Positions 26,184 to 37,556 of a DNA stretch of 64,000 nucleotides are shown here, piece by piece. Below the pieces are notes generated by a model. It was not told the DNA's origin and did not search any database. It was given only the letters and a program-made list of their open reading frames with translations. The position numbers and the translations under genes were made by a program. The stretch is from Tricharina praecox (taxonomy: Eukaryota). The stretch is from positions 2,666,001 through 2,730,000 of the forward strand of contig NW_026250403.1 in the NCBI RefSeq assembly GCF_024521635.1. Reading direction: 5' to 3'. Position 1 is the first letter of the stretch. Every line of letters starts with the position of its first letter.

Positions 26184-28551
26184 TGGGAAGAAGCCTGAGT
26201 GTCTGTTTGTCTGGAGAACTTTCCAAACATGGCGATTCTCCGTCCCTTATGTAGAAGCCAAAGATTCTTCCCTCCAGTCCAGCACATACATATCACCGTC
26301 CTGGGGAAACTGTCTCCATGTACCACAAGCACTACCACCACCGGAAGATGCCATAGCATCTCTGAGGGGCCGGCGGGCAGAATTTAGACCGCATGACTAG
26401 GTCTTCGTTAGCTACCTGTCCGGATGACTTGCCTCCCGGTACCGACGACGGGGTTGCCGATATATGCCGGAGGGATACCTATATGAGCAATGCGCAAAAA
26501 GGGGACTTTGTGTATGCTATAGTGGCTGACGTCGTCCTATACTCCACACCCTTTCTTTCAGCCCGCTGCCGAGCTGTACCTCTCCTCCGCAATCCCTTTA
26601 CCCTCCTTATCCTCCTCCTCAAAGGACCCCGGATAGCCCCCATTGCCCAAACACATGCCCAAGCCCGCACGGTCATGAATCCAAGGTATCTCGAGGCCAT
26701 CAATCCAAAGAGAGTACCGCCCATTCGAAGCGGAAGCCGTAATTCGTATTCGTATTGTTCCGTCCAGGTAGGTATTTCCAACTGCTGATGACAAACATTT
26801 TTTTCTCCCGCGAGTCCAGAGTTCAGAGTAGCCATCGGTGCCTGCTATCAAGGGACCGTGGGTACTATCATACGTACGCACGTACATAGAGTAGTTGGGC
26901 GGGTAGTTATCCGGAATTCGATCTTCAGGGGGCCCCCTCGTTAAACCACCTTCTGCTAACATACTCCCGGCCAAGGAATCCCGGGGGTTGCCGGCGGGGT
27001 ATGGGGTATGTAGGTAGCGATCTAGTAGTCTGGGGTAAATACCTAGCTGAGCCGTTCAGGCGGGAATAGTAGGAAGTACGTGGGTAGGAAGTATCTACAC
27101 ATCAACCGAGTTCGTTTGGCGAGGCGAGGCGAGAGAGATTCCGTCGAGAAGCAGAAGGGAGACTCGAGACAGCTTGTGATGCCGAGGAAAGGATGGTCCG
27201 ATGGCTGGTGAGAGTGCTTTATATGCCAGGCTACGCGGGGACCCCGCGCCCCGCATTCGCTGGGGTGGGGAGGGGGAAGGCCTGGAAGGTGTGTGGGGGG
27301 TGTGGGGAACAAGATCGGCCTAGAATTGGAAGCAGTCCGGGGGTACGAGATGTCAGAAAATTCGTTCAAACCAACCAGATGACTCTGGAACCTGCATGGC
27401 CATCGGTGCTTAATACCCAAAGGGGGAAGGGCCCACTACTCTAATTTTCCGCTTGAGGCTTGAGCTCCAACATCGTCAGTTCACAGCTCAGCACACAGCT
27501 CAGTTCATAGCACACAGCTCCCACGGTGTTGCCACCACCACCAGAGCAGAGATTCTTTCCACACGACGGGAATGCCTCGGCCGACCAATACTCCCCCCAG
27601 AACTCGACATGTCGACACGAGAGAGGCACACGGCGAGCTCTGGTTACTATACACTCCGCCCATGGACCATTGCTCACGATAGCACCAACAGAGCGGGGTA
27701 GCTATAGAGTATACAGCCTGCGGACCGTGTCTCAAAAGAGGCAGGAGGCCGTTGTCGGATCTGTAGCCGTAATATCTGTCACTGACCATGTACACTTTAC
27801 GAACATCTCGAGTTCTGTGTCCCCCACGTGCATGGCCTACGTATTATATAGTAGTAGCCCATCGGTTGCTCACGGCACCCCGCCCCCCGCACTCCGCACG
27901 CACAACTATAGGCAATATACATTGCTGGTATGGTTGGTACTTGTTACCCCACACGACATCAATATTCTGAGAGCAGTCGCTTAGGTACCGTAGGTCGTCT
28001 TCCTGCGCCAATGCAGGAGCACCTACCTAGAGTCTGTAGGTATGTAGATAACGGACGTTCCTCGCTTCGAAGCTCGATCATAACATGAGTTATACGCCGG
28101 TTCCATGTGGCTGTAAATAGGTAGGCGCTTGGCGTACGGCGCCAGGCAACAGCTCAGGCTGGAGGGGAGTCGCTGGGCAGTGGACACCCGAGGAGAATCG
28201 CTTGGTTGGTAGAGCCGCTGCCCCGCAGACCCTGTCGATTCGGGAGGAATATAGATATAGATGGATATATTATGCACCTGGGCAGTCGGCTAGGTAGCCG
28301 GGACGTCCGCCGTCAATGCGCCGTGGCTAGATATCGATTGCAAGTCTCAGACTCTCAGCCCTGCCGACCCCCACTTCTCGTACAAAGGTCTGTAGAACGA
28401 TGTGGCTTGCGATTAACGGCCTGGCCGATGCGTATGTAGGTACCTACGGTACTACATCTGTAGCTCCGCCTGCCATTCGTCCGATGTCAGTAAGCGATGT
28501 GAGCGCACCCAAGGCTCACTGCACTCCTGTCGATCGGAGATGCAGCAAGCG

Positions 28552-28575
28552 CAGCAGCAGCAGCAGCAGCAGCAG
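28552..28575. repeat. (CAG)8 microsatellite
   Basis: Direct reading. Confidence 0.9.
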
Positions 28576-28756
28576 GTACGGCGCTCGCTAGCTACTCGTC
28601 TCTCGGCCCCTTCAACCGAGCGGCAGGAGAAGCATGTGCAAAACTCTACATCACTGGCAGCCTGAGCACTGAGCACTCCAGAGCAGACACACTTGTAAGA
28701 CCCAATATATATTCTCGTTAGTCACCCCCTGTCACCCGTCCACCCGCACCGCCCAG

Positions 28757-30606
28757 CTAATCCATAGCCAACAAGCTCCTCCCGCCATCCTCCGTGACCC
28801 TCTTCCTGATCCTCACCCTCATGTAGCGAACGCCTATCTTCTCTATCTTTGCCTTCCCGCAGCCGGCGATGCCAGAGACCTTCATGTCGCCCAACTTTTC
28901 CGTCAAGTCCTGAAGCGTAGGCCGCACCTTTCCCCAAAACATCTCGTCCGCCACCATCTCCTCACGCACACCTTCACTATTCCCGCCAGCAGGGGGCTTT
29001 ACCGCCACTTCCTTTGCGGCCACGAGCCCACTGGGCGCAAAGACGAATGCCTCACCGCAGTCCAGTCCGACCACGCGGGTCATCAAGCCGCCACCGCCGG
29101 CCCTTCCGTCCTGTTCTGCGGCGGCGATGTGAGCCTTTAGGAACGAAAGCCACTCGGGCGACGAAAAGCGGTGGACGATGGTGAAGCTGCAGAGATCCAA
29201 AAGCTTCGACGAGATTGTAGGCTCCTGCGTAGATATCACCACCCGTGTCCCTAAGTGCCGCTGCAGCCGGATGGTGCTCAAGAGCGTGTCCGTAAATCGC
29301 TGCGCGGAGGCGCTGCCTAGCATGTACTGTAGTTCTCCCACTCGGTTATTAGGTGCCGTGCGTAGGTACATCGGCCTGGAGGAGTTCGGTAGCAACGTGA
29401 ACGTATGTGCGTACCTTGTGGGCTTCATCCACTGCTATGACTTTGCCGGTGGTGACCGGGCGGTCGAGGAAGAGGTGCAGGCAAATATCGAATAGTGAAC
29501 ACGCCGTGCTATGTCCCATTAATCCCACCGTAAAACCCCCCAGGAAACGTGCGTATGTACGTACGATTCATCCACAAAAGGATCACTCAGATCAATGATA
29601 GTCAGATGTCCCGGCGTGACGGACCACAAGTCGACCTGCTTCTCCGCCGCATTGGTCGCCATGAAGCTCTCCAAAATCTCGAGCCTCAGATTCAACGGGG
29701 ATCGCTGCTGCGGTGTCAAATCGACATTTTTGAGCAACAGTTTGAAAGATTTATAATTAAATCCCGTGGCGGTATTAGCCATAGCCCTTAGAATCTTCCT
29801 GACGACTTCCATGTACAGCGGCGGCTTATCGTCAGAAAGGTCCACCGCCATCAGCGTGAGCATCCGCGTCACGTCCAGATCACTCTCACGGAACCGCAGC
29901 GGCCGGATCGTGAGCCGCTCATTGGCGCCTGGGATCAAGGGGTACAGCTTTGTCGCCCGCGTGAATGAGGAGGGCGCGACGAGGACCGTCACGGGGATCC
30001 GTGAGGCTAGATACGCTGCCTCGCACGGCTTTTGTAAGTGTTTGTCGTAGTGGAAGACGAGGCCTGTCAATGGAGCAGGCAGCTCGCCGATGGAGGGGTC
30101 AGAGAGCAGGAAGTTCTCTGGAGTGGTCCGTCAGTGAGACTGGCTTTCATTTCAAACAGGTGCAACGTATGTATGTGTGTACATACCCAGCATGCACGAA
30201 AGAGTATTGCTCTTGCCCGAGCCTTGCACGCCGCAGATGAATGCAGACAACTTTATATGTACTTCACTTTAGCCATCTATACCTGTACATAGATCTGACC
30301 ACTACCCTGGAGTAGACCACATACCGGAGCATTCCCATTCAAAAACAACCTCCCATCCAAAGCCACATCGTGCGGCGTAGTTCTTCCCGCCTCGGGGTCC
30401 AAAACCTCCACCTGCCGGCCGAGCAGCGCGAACTCTTGGTATCCGGGGAGCTCGTCGTCGAGGTCAATCTCCTTTCCTGCCAGCGAGGTAAAAATCGGAG
30501 CGGTTTTCACCGTTTCGATCCACGCCGGGTTTAGACTCCCGTGACCGCCAGAGAGCAGCTCGTTGTGGGCGTCGACGTTGTCGTCTGCGTGGGCTGTGAA
30601 GGACAT
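28757..30606 (-). CDS. P-loop ATPase with HerA/FtsK-superfamily-like motifs (5 exons)
   Basis: Exons 30606-30325, 30250-30187, 30117-29565, ~29508-29415 and ~29327-28757 splice in frame through GT-AG introns. Motifs are Walker A FICGVQGSGKS, Walker B KVIAVDEAHK, IRLQRHLG and VVISTQEP. Confidence 0.85.
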
Positions 30607-31125
30607 GATTTGATACCGATCGGAGTGATTTGAAGAAGAACGAAGAGCGGGCGGGGGAAGCGGTTCGTCTACATATCAAGGACAATTTAGTATCATGCTT
30701 GCACTGCAAAAAAAATTCTCCAATTTTTTCGGACCGGCGAGAATAGTGGGGGGTTCCAGGCGATTCGAGCTCTGGAATTCGGGAATTCGGGAATCTTGCG
30801 GCGGATACCCGTGACTTATCTGCCGTGATTCGTGAATCCGTGATTTTGGAGCCTACATACATATCGGAATCCCGCGTAAGGGACCAGTCACCGAAAAATT
30901 GTAACAATGGCGCAATGATAGGTTGTGAATGTATAGAGTTGTCATGATAAGTAGGGTTGTGCTTCTGTGCCGTCGTATACATAACAGTATCAACAACGGC
31001 GAAATTTTGTCGACCAGCCTCATCCGCTTCGTCCAACATTATGAACCGCGGCCACATGCGCTGCATGTATGGGTGGGATTTAAGTGTTGAGAGAACTTTG
31101 ATCGTACTGGGTGAGTGAATGGGAA

Positions 31126-31202
31126 AGTGAATGGGACACTGCAGACACTTGTGCTAGGTGGGTGAACGGCAGAGTGAATGGGACGTTGTAGACACTCGTG
31201 CT
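31126..31202. repeat. imperfect 30-bp direct repeat (31126-31155, 31173-31202)
   Basis: AGTGAATGGGACACTGCAGACACTTGTGCT vs AGTGAATGGGACGTTGTAGACACTCGTGCT (26/30). A third partial AGTGAATGGGA lies just upstream. Confidence 0.8.
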
Positions 31203-31360
31203 GAACTCACCGAGTTAACAGAATAACGATGTCAATACATTTGATGGGGTCGACTCAAAAAAATCCCATGGAGGGGTCAACCGTCAACCCCGCTTACTGC
31301 GCACTCGTATGTACTGAGGGGGGACAAAACAATGCGACCCAGACAGGGGTGTTTTCCGTA

Positions 31361-34214
31361 GAGAGGTTGTATGCCAACGGAACCTGTATGTCAACAGAAT
31401 GAACCCAACCCTCTTTAGCTAGCGTACTCTGAAGAGGCTTGAAGATGCTTAGCGCGAGTGATATTTGATGATATAAAATATTCGGCTTCGTCGCGGCGGC
31501 GATTCGGCTGCCCGCGCATGGAGTCCTTCTTACAAAATCCCCCCGAACTCAACCAGTTTTGCTCTAACTAAGTCAAGTACAAAGTCAGATTAATCCTCAG
31601 ATGTAGGCCGTTTCAGCTATTGTGAAAACTTCAATAAAAACAACTCGTATTAAGATTTAAATACTCCATCTCCAAGTCTTTCAGTCATCCTCCTGCCCGT
31701 CCTCCGACCCACTACCACTTCCCTCTTCCAGAGTTTCTTCCAAACGACTAATGTCGTCTCTCAATGTTTGCAGGCGGCTTATCTCCCTTTTTTCCTCCTC
31801 TTGCAACCGAGCAACTGACTTCAAAGTGGCTGGCAGCCGTTTTCCATCCTTCTCCATTCCCATATATTTCTCTTTCTTTGCTGTTAACTCCTTCACCCGG
31901 TTGGCCAGCTCATCAGCTTTTTCCTGCATCCTTGCGAGCCTTGCAAGGCGAACATTCTGTCGTACGTGCTAGATATTCCTCATACTCGTCTATCTGTTGG
32001 ACAGACGTAAATTGTCGGCTCTCATCTGGAATTCTTCGCCGTTTTCGCGGTTTTTGTTGTTTTCTAGCTGACTCCCGCTTGGCTCCAGCCTCAAATCTCT
32101 ACTCCAAATCGTCGCAATGGTGAAGTTTCACTATGTGAGCTTTTGAAACTTTGCTGAAACCATGGCGAAGCCTCCATGAACGTGGACTGTTGCTTTTCAG
32201 ACCCAATTCAAGGGATTCGCGGAGTTAGTGGAATTCTCGATGATCCCGAGAGGTGGAAATTGCGAAGACCTCGGCCGCAGAAAGAGATGATAGTGAACGA
32301 ATCGGAGAGGAAGTCGATAGCTGAGATGGCAACTCAACACTGGCTTGGGTGGCTGTTGGTTTTTCAATGTCAAGAGTTCTTTGAAGAACCTCGAAATCCA
32401 AAGGGACTAGGCCGGTCCACCAGAACCCACTGCGGATATTCTCCGATGTAAATGCTATCTTCTCTGCTTCCAGCAGAAAACGATAGAAGTTTCCTTTCCA
32501 AATACCATGCTCTCCAGATTCGGTATGGCGCCGTAGGACATCGGAATATGCAGCCTTTAAAGGTGCGAAGAGGGCAACATCAAGGGGTTGAGAGAAATGG
32601 GTGGTGTGGGGAGGAAGACACACAGGCAGAACTTTGTAATCAAGACAAGTCGACAGGAATTCGCGGTTGACATGAGATATATGCCCATCGAAGATAAGCA
32701 TCCGCCACTTGCCAGCAGCTTTCTTCTCCGACGGATATTCGGGGCCGAAATTGTGTTGCAACCAAGCAAGAGCCTTGCCGTTATCTGTCCAGCCATTGGG
32801 CGATACGCCGAATAGAACATCGCGAGGAACTCCATCGAGGTTCTGAAACCATGTGTCCTGTAGTCCCTGGCCCTTCATGATAACCGCTGATGGAAGATAA
32901 GTGCCGTCTGCACAAATGCAACATATCATAGTCGCAAACTCGCGTGAACCATCTTGGATCCGTGTAGCAGTAGGCAGTTGAAACTCCTTCAAATCCGGAG
33001 GAAAAGGGCGTCCTTTCGTATTGCGAGGGTGCCAGATCACATCTAGTACACGTTGTGACTGTATATTTCCCATCACAAATCCGGTTTCGTCGAAGTCGTA
33101 TGTATTCTTGGGAATGACCTCGAACTCGGCAACTAAATCTCGCATCTATTAAGTCACTGAAAGTCAGCCATCGATTATTTCGCCAAAGATAATTATGTAG
33201 AAGGAAGAACGGTGGTAAACGGTACATTTGAAAAGAACAAATCCAACGCAAAACATTTGTTGCCATGATGTGCCCGGATTCTATCGAGCTGTTGACTCCA
33301 CCTGACCTTCGTCTCTGGATGTTGATTGTAAAAATATCTGTCAATCCATCGAGGGCTGATGGTTGCTGCTGGGACTCGTTTCCGTAAAATGGTTTGGGCC
33401 ATATCTCGAACATCTCTCAGGGTCTGTGGAAATCCAGCTTGCTGCAGAATCTCACAACGCCAAATCAGAGTTTCTTTCTCTCCTTCCAACATCAGCCGAC
33501 AGGCCTTCTCGTAGTCTGCCTTTGTTCTTCGTCCAAGTGATCAATGTACAAAGGTAGACTCTGCCATCATTGCTATCACTGCAGCTCCCTTCTTCGATGG
33601 TACGCCACCTCGCAGGTACGCTTGTAAACCCTCTTGAAACCGAATATACTCGGGCAGGTTTTCGCGTTCGAACGGTGAATTGCTGTTTCCTGAAGCTGAT
33701 ATGGTGTTGTCATCGCCGGTTGCAATCTGGTTGTTGGCTGGGAACTCGCTATTTCCGAAAGTCTTCATCACCCTATCGCCTCCAGCAAGCTCCTCCTCCC
33801 CGGAGACCCTCGCCGCTTCCCCTCCTAGCTCATCACCCCCAGCAAGCTCCTCCCCGACAACTTGTGAACCCCCTTCGCCGCCAGAAAGCTCCTCCTCCCC
33901 CGAGATCCTCGCCGCTCCCTCTCCCAGCTCAACTTCATCATCCCCAGCAACCGCATTGCCGACAACCACTGACAGAACCTTATTGCCATTCGCCATTCGC
34001 TGAACTCTCTCGCTGCTACAGAACAGTGTATCTACCATCTACATAGGTAGCTAGATGCCTATTGCCCGCTGAGTGAAGCTCCCCCTGAAAAAAATGAAAA
34101 ACCTAGAAAAAAAGAAAAGAAAAAAAGAAATACACACACGAACCATCTACTAGCGTCTCCGTATTTGTCTGGGCATTCTCATGGCATACAGGTTCCGTTG
34201 GCATACAACCTCTC
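31361..34214 (-). mobile_element. Fot1/pogo-family (Tc1/mariner superfamily) DNA transposon
   Basis: Perfect 30-bp TIRs GAGAGGTTGTATGCCAACGGAACCTGTATG at 31361-31390 and 34185-34214, flanked by TA (31359-60, 34215-16), enclosing a transposase pseudogene. Confidence 0.92.
31681..34038 (-). pseudogene. Fot1/pogo DD35D transposase pseudogene
   Basis: HTH/CENP-B-like region (LIWRCEILQQAGFP...PRWIDRY), intron 33225-33146, and catalytic FDETGF, IFDGH and QPLDV with 35 residues between D2 and D3. In-frame stops are TGA 33543-33541, TAA 32227-32225 and TAG 32101-32099. A frameshift near 31970 precedes a coiled-coil C-terminus. Confidence 0.9.
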
Positions 34215-34216
34215 TA

Positions 34217-34316
34217 CAGCGCCACATCAGAAGTTATGTCCACTACACCAAAATCAAAACATCACGTCGCCGTCGCGGAAAATGGTGTGGTGGACATGAC
34301 TTCTGATGTGGCGCTG
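34217..34316. mobile_element. 100-bp MITE with 34-bp TIRs and TA target duplication
   Basis: CAGCGCCACATCAGAAGTTATGTCCACTACACCA (34217-34250) pairs with 34283-34316 (32/34). TA lies at 34215-16 and 34317-18. Confidence 0.88.
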
Positions 34317-36569
34317 TACGGAAAACACCCCTGTCTGGGTCGCGTTATTTTGTCCTCCCTCAGTACTGGGGAACTTCCTCGCTATCGGTGACTTGGTGGT
34401 GTCTCGTGGCGTGCATGTAGGAGTGCTTATTTATTTGCCCCTGTTCCTGCAAGTGCCCGACAGGACCGTGGTTGTGTGGAAGGTACCCGTGTCCCTAAGC
34501 ATTGCAAGCAATGGTTACGACCCGGAACGCAGATGGCTGTACATATTTGACTGGACGAAATAGTCCCTTGGACCATGGCTGGCATAGGGTGGGATGACCG
34601 TCCCATCCATCATTCCTCATGCCCAAGGACCAGCCCATCTAAGTGACGTCCTATCAAACAGAACTTACTGGGTCATCTGCGGCCATCTGCGATCCTGCGC
34701 TCGCATTCTTGCGACGCCGGGGTTGGCCCAGCTGCCACCTGCAGCGCAACCTGGGAATGAAATTCCAAAGTTCACCTGACCATGATCTCGAAACCGTGGC
34801 TGAGCATTGCGCACGGTAGAGGGGAAATAACTTAGAATGATGATAATGTAAGCTTGTTATTCTTGCGTATATATATCCGACCTCTATGGAGATTGTGGAA
34901 ATCATTTTGGTGTTTTTTCGGAACCTGTAGGCCGGCGTGGGAGCAGAAGTAAAAGCGGAAGTCGATGTTCGCTATTCGACATCCCCTAGGTAGGTATTCC
35001 GGTGAATGAGCTGTGCGGAGGGTTCTATCTGCACAAATCCTCAATAGGTGCGAATTCGTCCCATGAGTAGCTGCATGGCAGCGTGGGGCTTGTCGCCGAA
35101 TTGCACTTCTAAGTCTGAAGTCAACGCCATTGCTGACGTACATTGAGCGTTGGTATATTTTCTCAACGGAGCAATTTCTTCGTGAATGTAGATTGCGGCG
35201 TCGGTATGCTCTCGATGAATTCCAATTTTGATACATGTCAAGTTGTGATCGAAAAACGCAGTTCTGGACGCTGGGGTCCCATGAGAATGAACAGGATCTC
35301 GCTTCTCGACGAACCATCTTTCTAGCATTTGCCGTCCAGCCGTCCCAGCTGCCGGCTTCACGCCTCGAGGTATGGTTACTGGTCATTCGCTTTCACTCTG
35401 TAACCAAGAATTCAGAATTCCACATAAAAGTGGCGGTTCGGTAGCTGGCACATGAAGATGGCAGTGTGGCAGTGCAATTACAAGAGCGGCTGTGGCTGGC
35501 TAAAGTGGCTGGAGCTCCTAGGGATCCATTCCTCGGAGGGGCAGACCTCGTCAATCCGTCTCATCTGCGTTTGAGGACCGGCCACTGACCGCCATATCCC
35601 TTAAAGTTAGTGCGTAAGATGTCGATCATCACTCGTCACTCGACTGTGTGTAGTTAGTGGCGCCCGTGCCAATTAGATCGCAGATCCGGTAGGCCAGATG
35701 TGTAGCTGAAGGCGAGGGATCGACCTGAAATATCCGTGAGGACAAGCTTAAGGGGGTTTGTGTTTAGGCAGGTACGTAGGCGGGCACCGGGCCTTTTTTT
35801 GGGCGATGCGAGCTGCCAACGACTGCGTGCCCAGGGGCTTCCACATGCTACGTTCCTGGGGGGCCGACACCGACTGTCACCCAGTAACACGCCGATGCCA
35901 GGGATGGAGCGCACGTAAATAATTTGCCATCTCAAACGCACGCTGTTTCTCCATGGCTAAGCCTTCCGAGCGGATCGGAGGGATCTACCTTACAGACGCA
36001 CTACTGGGGCGCTTAGGTGTGGGCGCCGACCCAACCGATTGGTTACCACCAGGGGTAACTAGAGGGTACCTGCCGCTGAGAATGTTATCCCTTCCGATAA
36101 CCGCTCCTGCTATGCACCAGCCCAGGGACCGCCAAAGTTTCATGTTGACGCTCGAACCTACGCGGGTTTTGCTGGATTCCTCAACGCCACTGGTCGAGCG
36201 ATCATGAGCCGTCTCGAGCTGCAACTTCTAAATCAATTGGGCGTGCACGCCCTATGGTTGTGAACACACATTCTTCTCCTATTGCCCCTACTCAGCTCAT
36301 GTCGAACCTATATATGAGGCCCTCGCCCATCAGCTTGAGTGCTTCCATATTCCAACTTACAATCATTCAATTCGGCCTCCAGTACTCGCTTCGTCTGGAA
36401 CGTTCTCGTTTTCCTTCCTCTTCTCTGTATCTTTTTAGGAACTGGTTTCCAACACACTCCCTCCTCTTCTTTCACTGCATTTAAAAGGAAAATCATCCAA
36501 TACTCTCTCTCTCTTCGGTTTCGGACAAAACACATACAAACTTCATCAGTCAGAAAGAAAAGGAAAAAT

Positions 36570-37556
36570 ATGATGTTTTCAAAGGCTACCCTCATCTCCG
36601 TCCTATTGGCCGCCGCCGCCAGTGTCAATGGGCACATGCATATGTCGAACCCTCCGGCGCTCGGCGCATCAGAGAACAAGTTCACCGCCGCAGTAGATGT
36701 CAACATCGACGCACCCCTCGCCTCGGACGGCAGCGACTTCCCTTGCCGCGGTCATTTGAATCTCATCGGCACCGCCGCGGGCGCTTCAGTCGCGGATTAT
36801 ACGGCCGGTAGCACGCAGTCAATCACCGTTGCGGGTGGAGCCCGTCACAACGGCGGGTCCTGCCAGGTTTCACTCTCGGAGGATGGTGGGTCCTCGTGGA
36901 AGGTCATGAAGACTTTCATCGGAGACTGTCCTGCCGCCGGTGCACCTTTGGGATTCACTGTGCCCGCTGAAGCGAAGTCTGGAGAAGCAATCCTTGCTTG
37001 GTCCTGGTTCAACCAGGTCGGCAATCGCGAGATGTACATGAACTGTGCGGCTGTTACCATCAGCGGTGGCGGCAGTGGCTTGAGCGCTCTCCCGGATATG
37101 TTCGTTGCCAACGCTGGTAACGGATGCACCAGCAACGCCGAGGGAACTGGTGACCTCGAGATCCCCAACCCTGGCGAGGACGTCGAGAGGAAGAGCACCA
37201 AGTCCAGCCCCCCGGTTGGCAGCTGTGCCTCCGGTGGTTCTCCAGCTCCCCCGGCCGATGACTCGTCTTCAGCTGATGCCCCCACCGCTACCGCGCCTGC
37301 CGAGACCGCCACTGAGCCCTCGCCAACCAGTGTCGTCCCCACCTTCATCATTCCCACCCCGGAGCCTACCATCCCCGCCGATTCTCCCACCGCCCCTGTG
37401 GAGACTGCCCCGGCGGAGACTGCACCTGCGGCGACGAACACTTTCAACGATGGCCTGTACCGCCCCACCGGCGGAGCCAAGACCTTCGACGATGGGCTCT
37501 ACCATCCCAAGGCCACGGCGGCGCCTACCCGCGTCGCATACCGTTTCCGCGCCTAG
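36570..37556 (+). CDS. AA11-family lytic polysaccharide monooxygenase with P/T/A-rich linker
   Basis: Signal peptide followed by N-terminal His (VNG|HMHMSNPP), then DFPCRG, ARHNGGSCQVSLS and WSWFNQVGNREMYMNCA. Confidence 0.88.
   Translation: MMFSKATLISVLLAAAASVNGHMHMSNPPALGASENKFTAAVDVNIDAPLASDGSDFPCRGHLNLIGTAAGASVADYTAGSTQSITVAGGARHNGGSCQVSLSEDGGSSWKVMKTFIGDCPAAGAPLGFTVPAEAKSGEAILAWSWFNQVGNREMYMNCAAVTISGGGSGLSALPDMFVANAGNGCTSNAEGTGDLEIPNPGEDVERKSTKSSPPVGSCASGGSPAPPADDSSSADAPTATAPAETATEPSPTSVVPTFIIPTPEPTIPADSPTAPVETAPAETAPAATNTFNDGLYRPTGGAKTFDDGLYHPKATAAPTRVAYRFRA

Larger units (their letters stand above)
31314..34363. mobile_element. composite TA-flanked DNA-transposon locus bounded by 45-bp inverted arms
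   Basis: 31314-31358 and 34319-34363 are inverted repeats (42/45), with TA on both outer sides (31312-31313, 34364-34365). Confidence 0.9.

Noticed and set aside
30464-31066. 200-aa minus ORF with Walker-B-like FIMLDEADE
   Set aside because: It has no Walker A or other support, runs through repeat-rich promoter sequence and overlaps the ATPase start out of frame.
34366-35450. Fragmentary minus-strand ORFs right of the transposon
   Set aside because: They may be a decayed gene, but no family motif or consistent frame could be established by eye.
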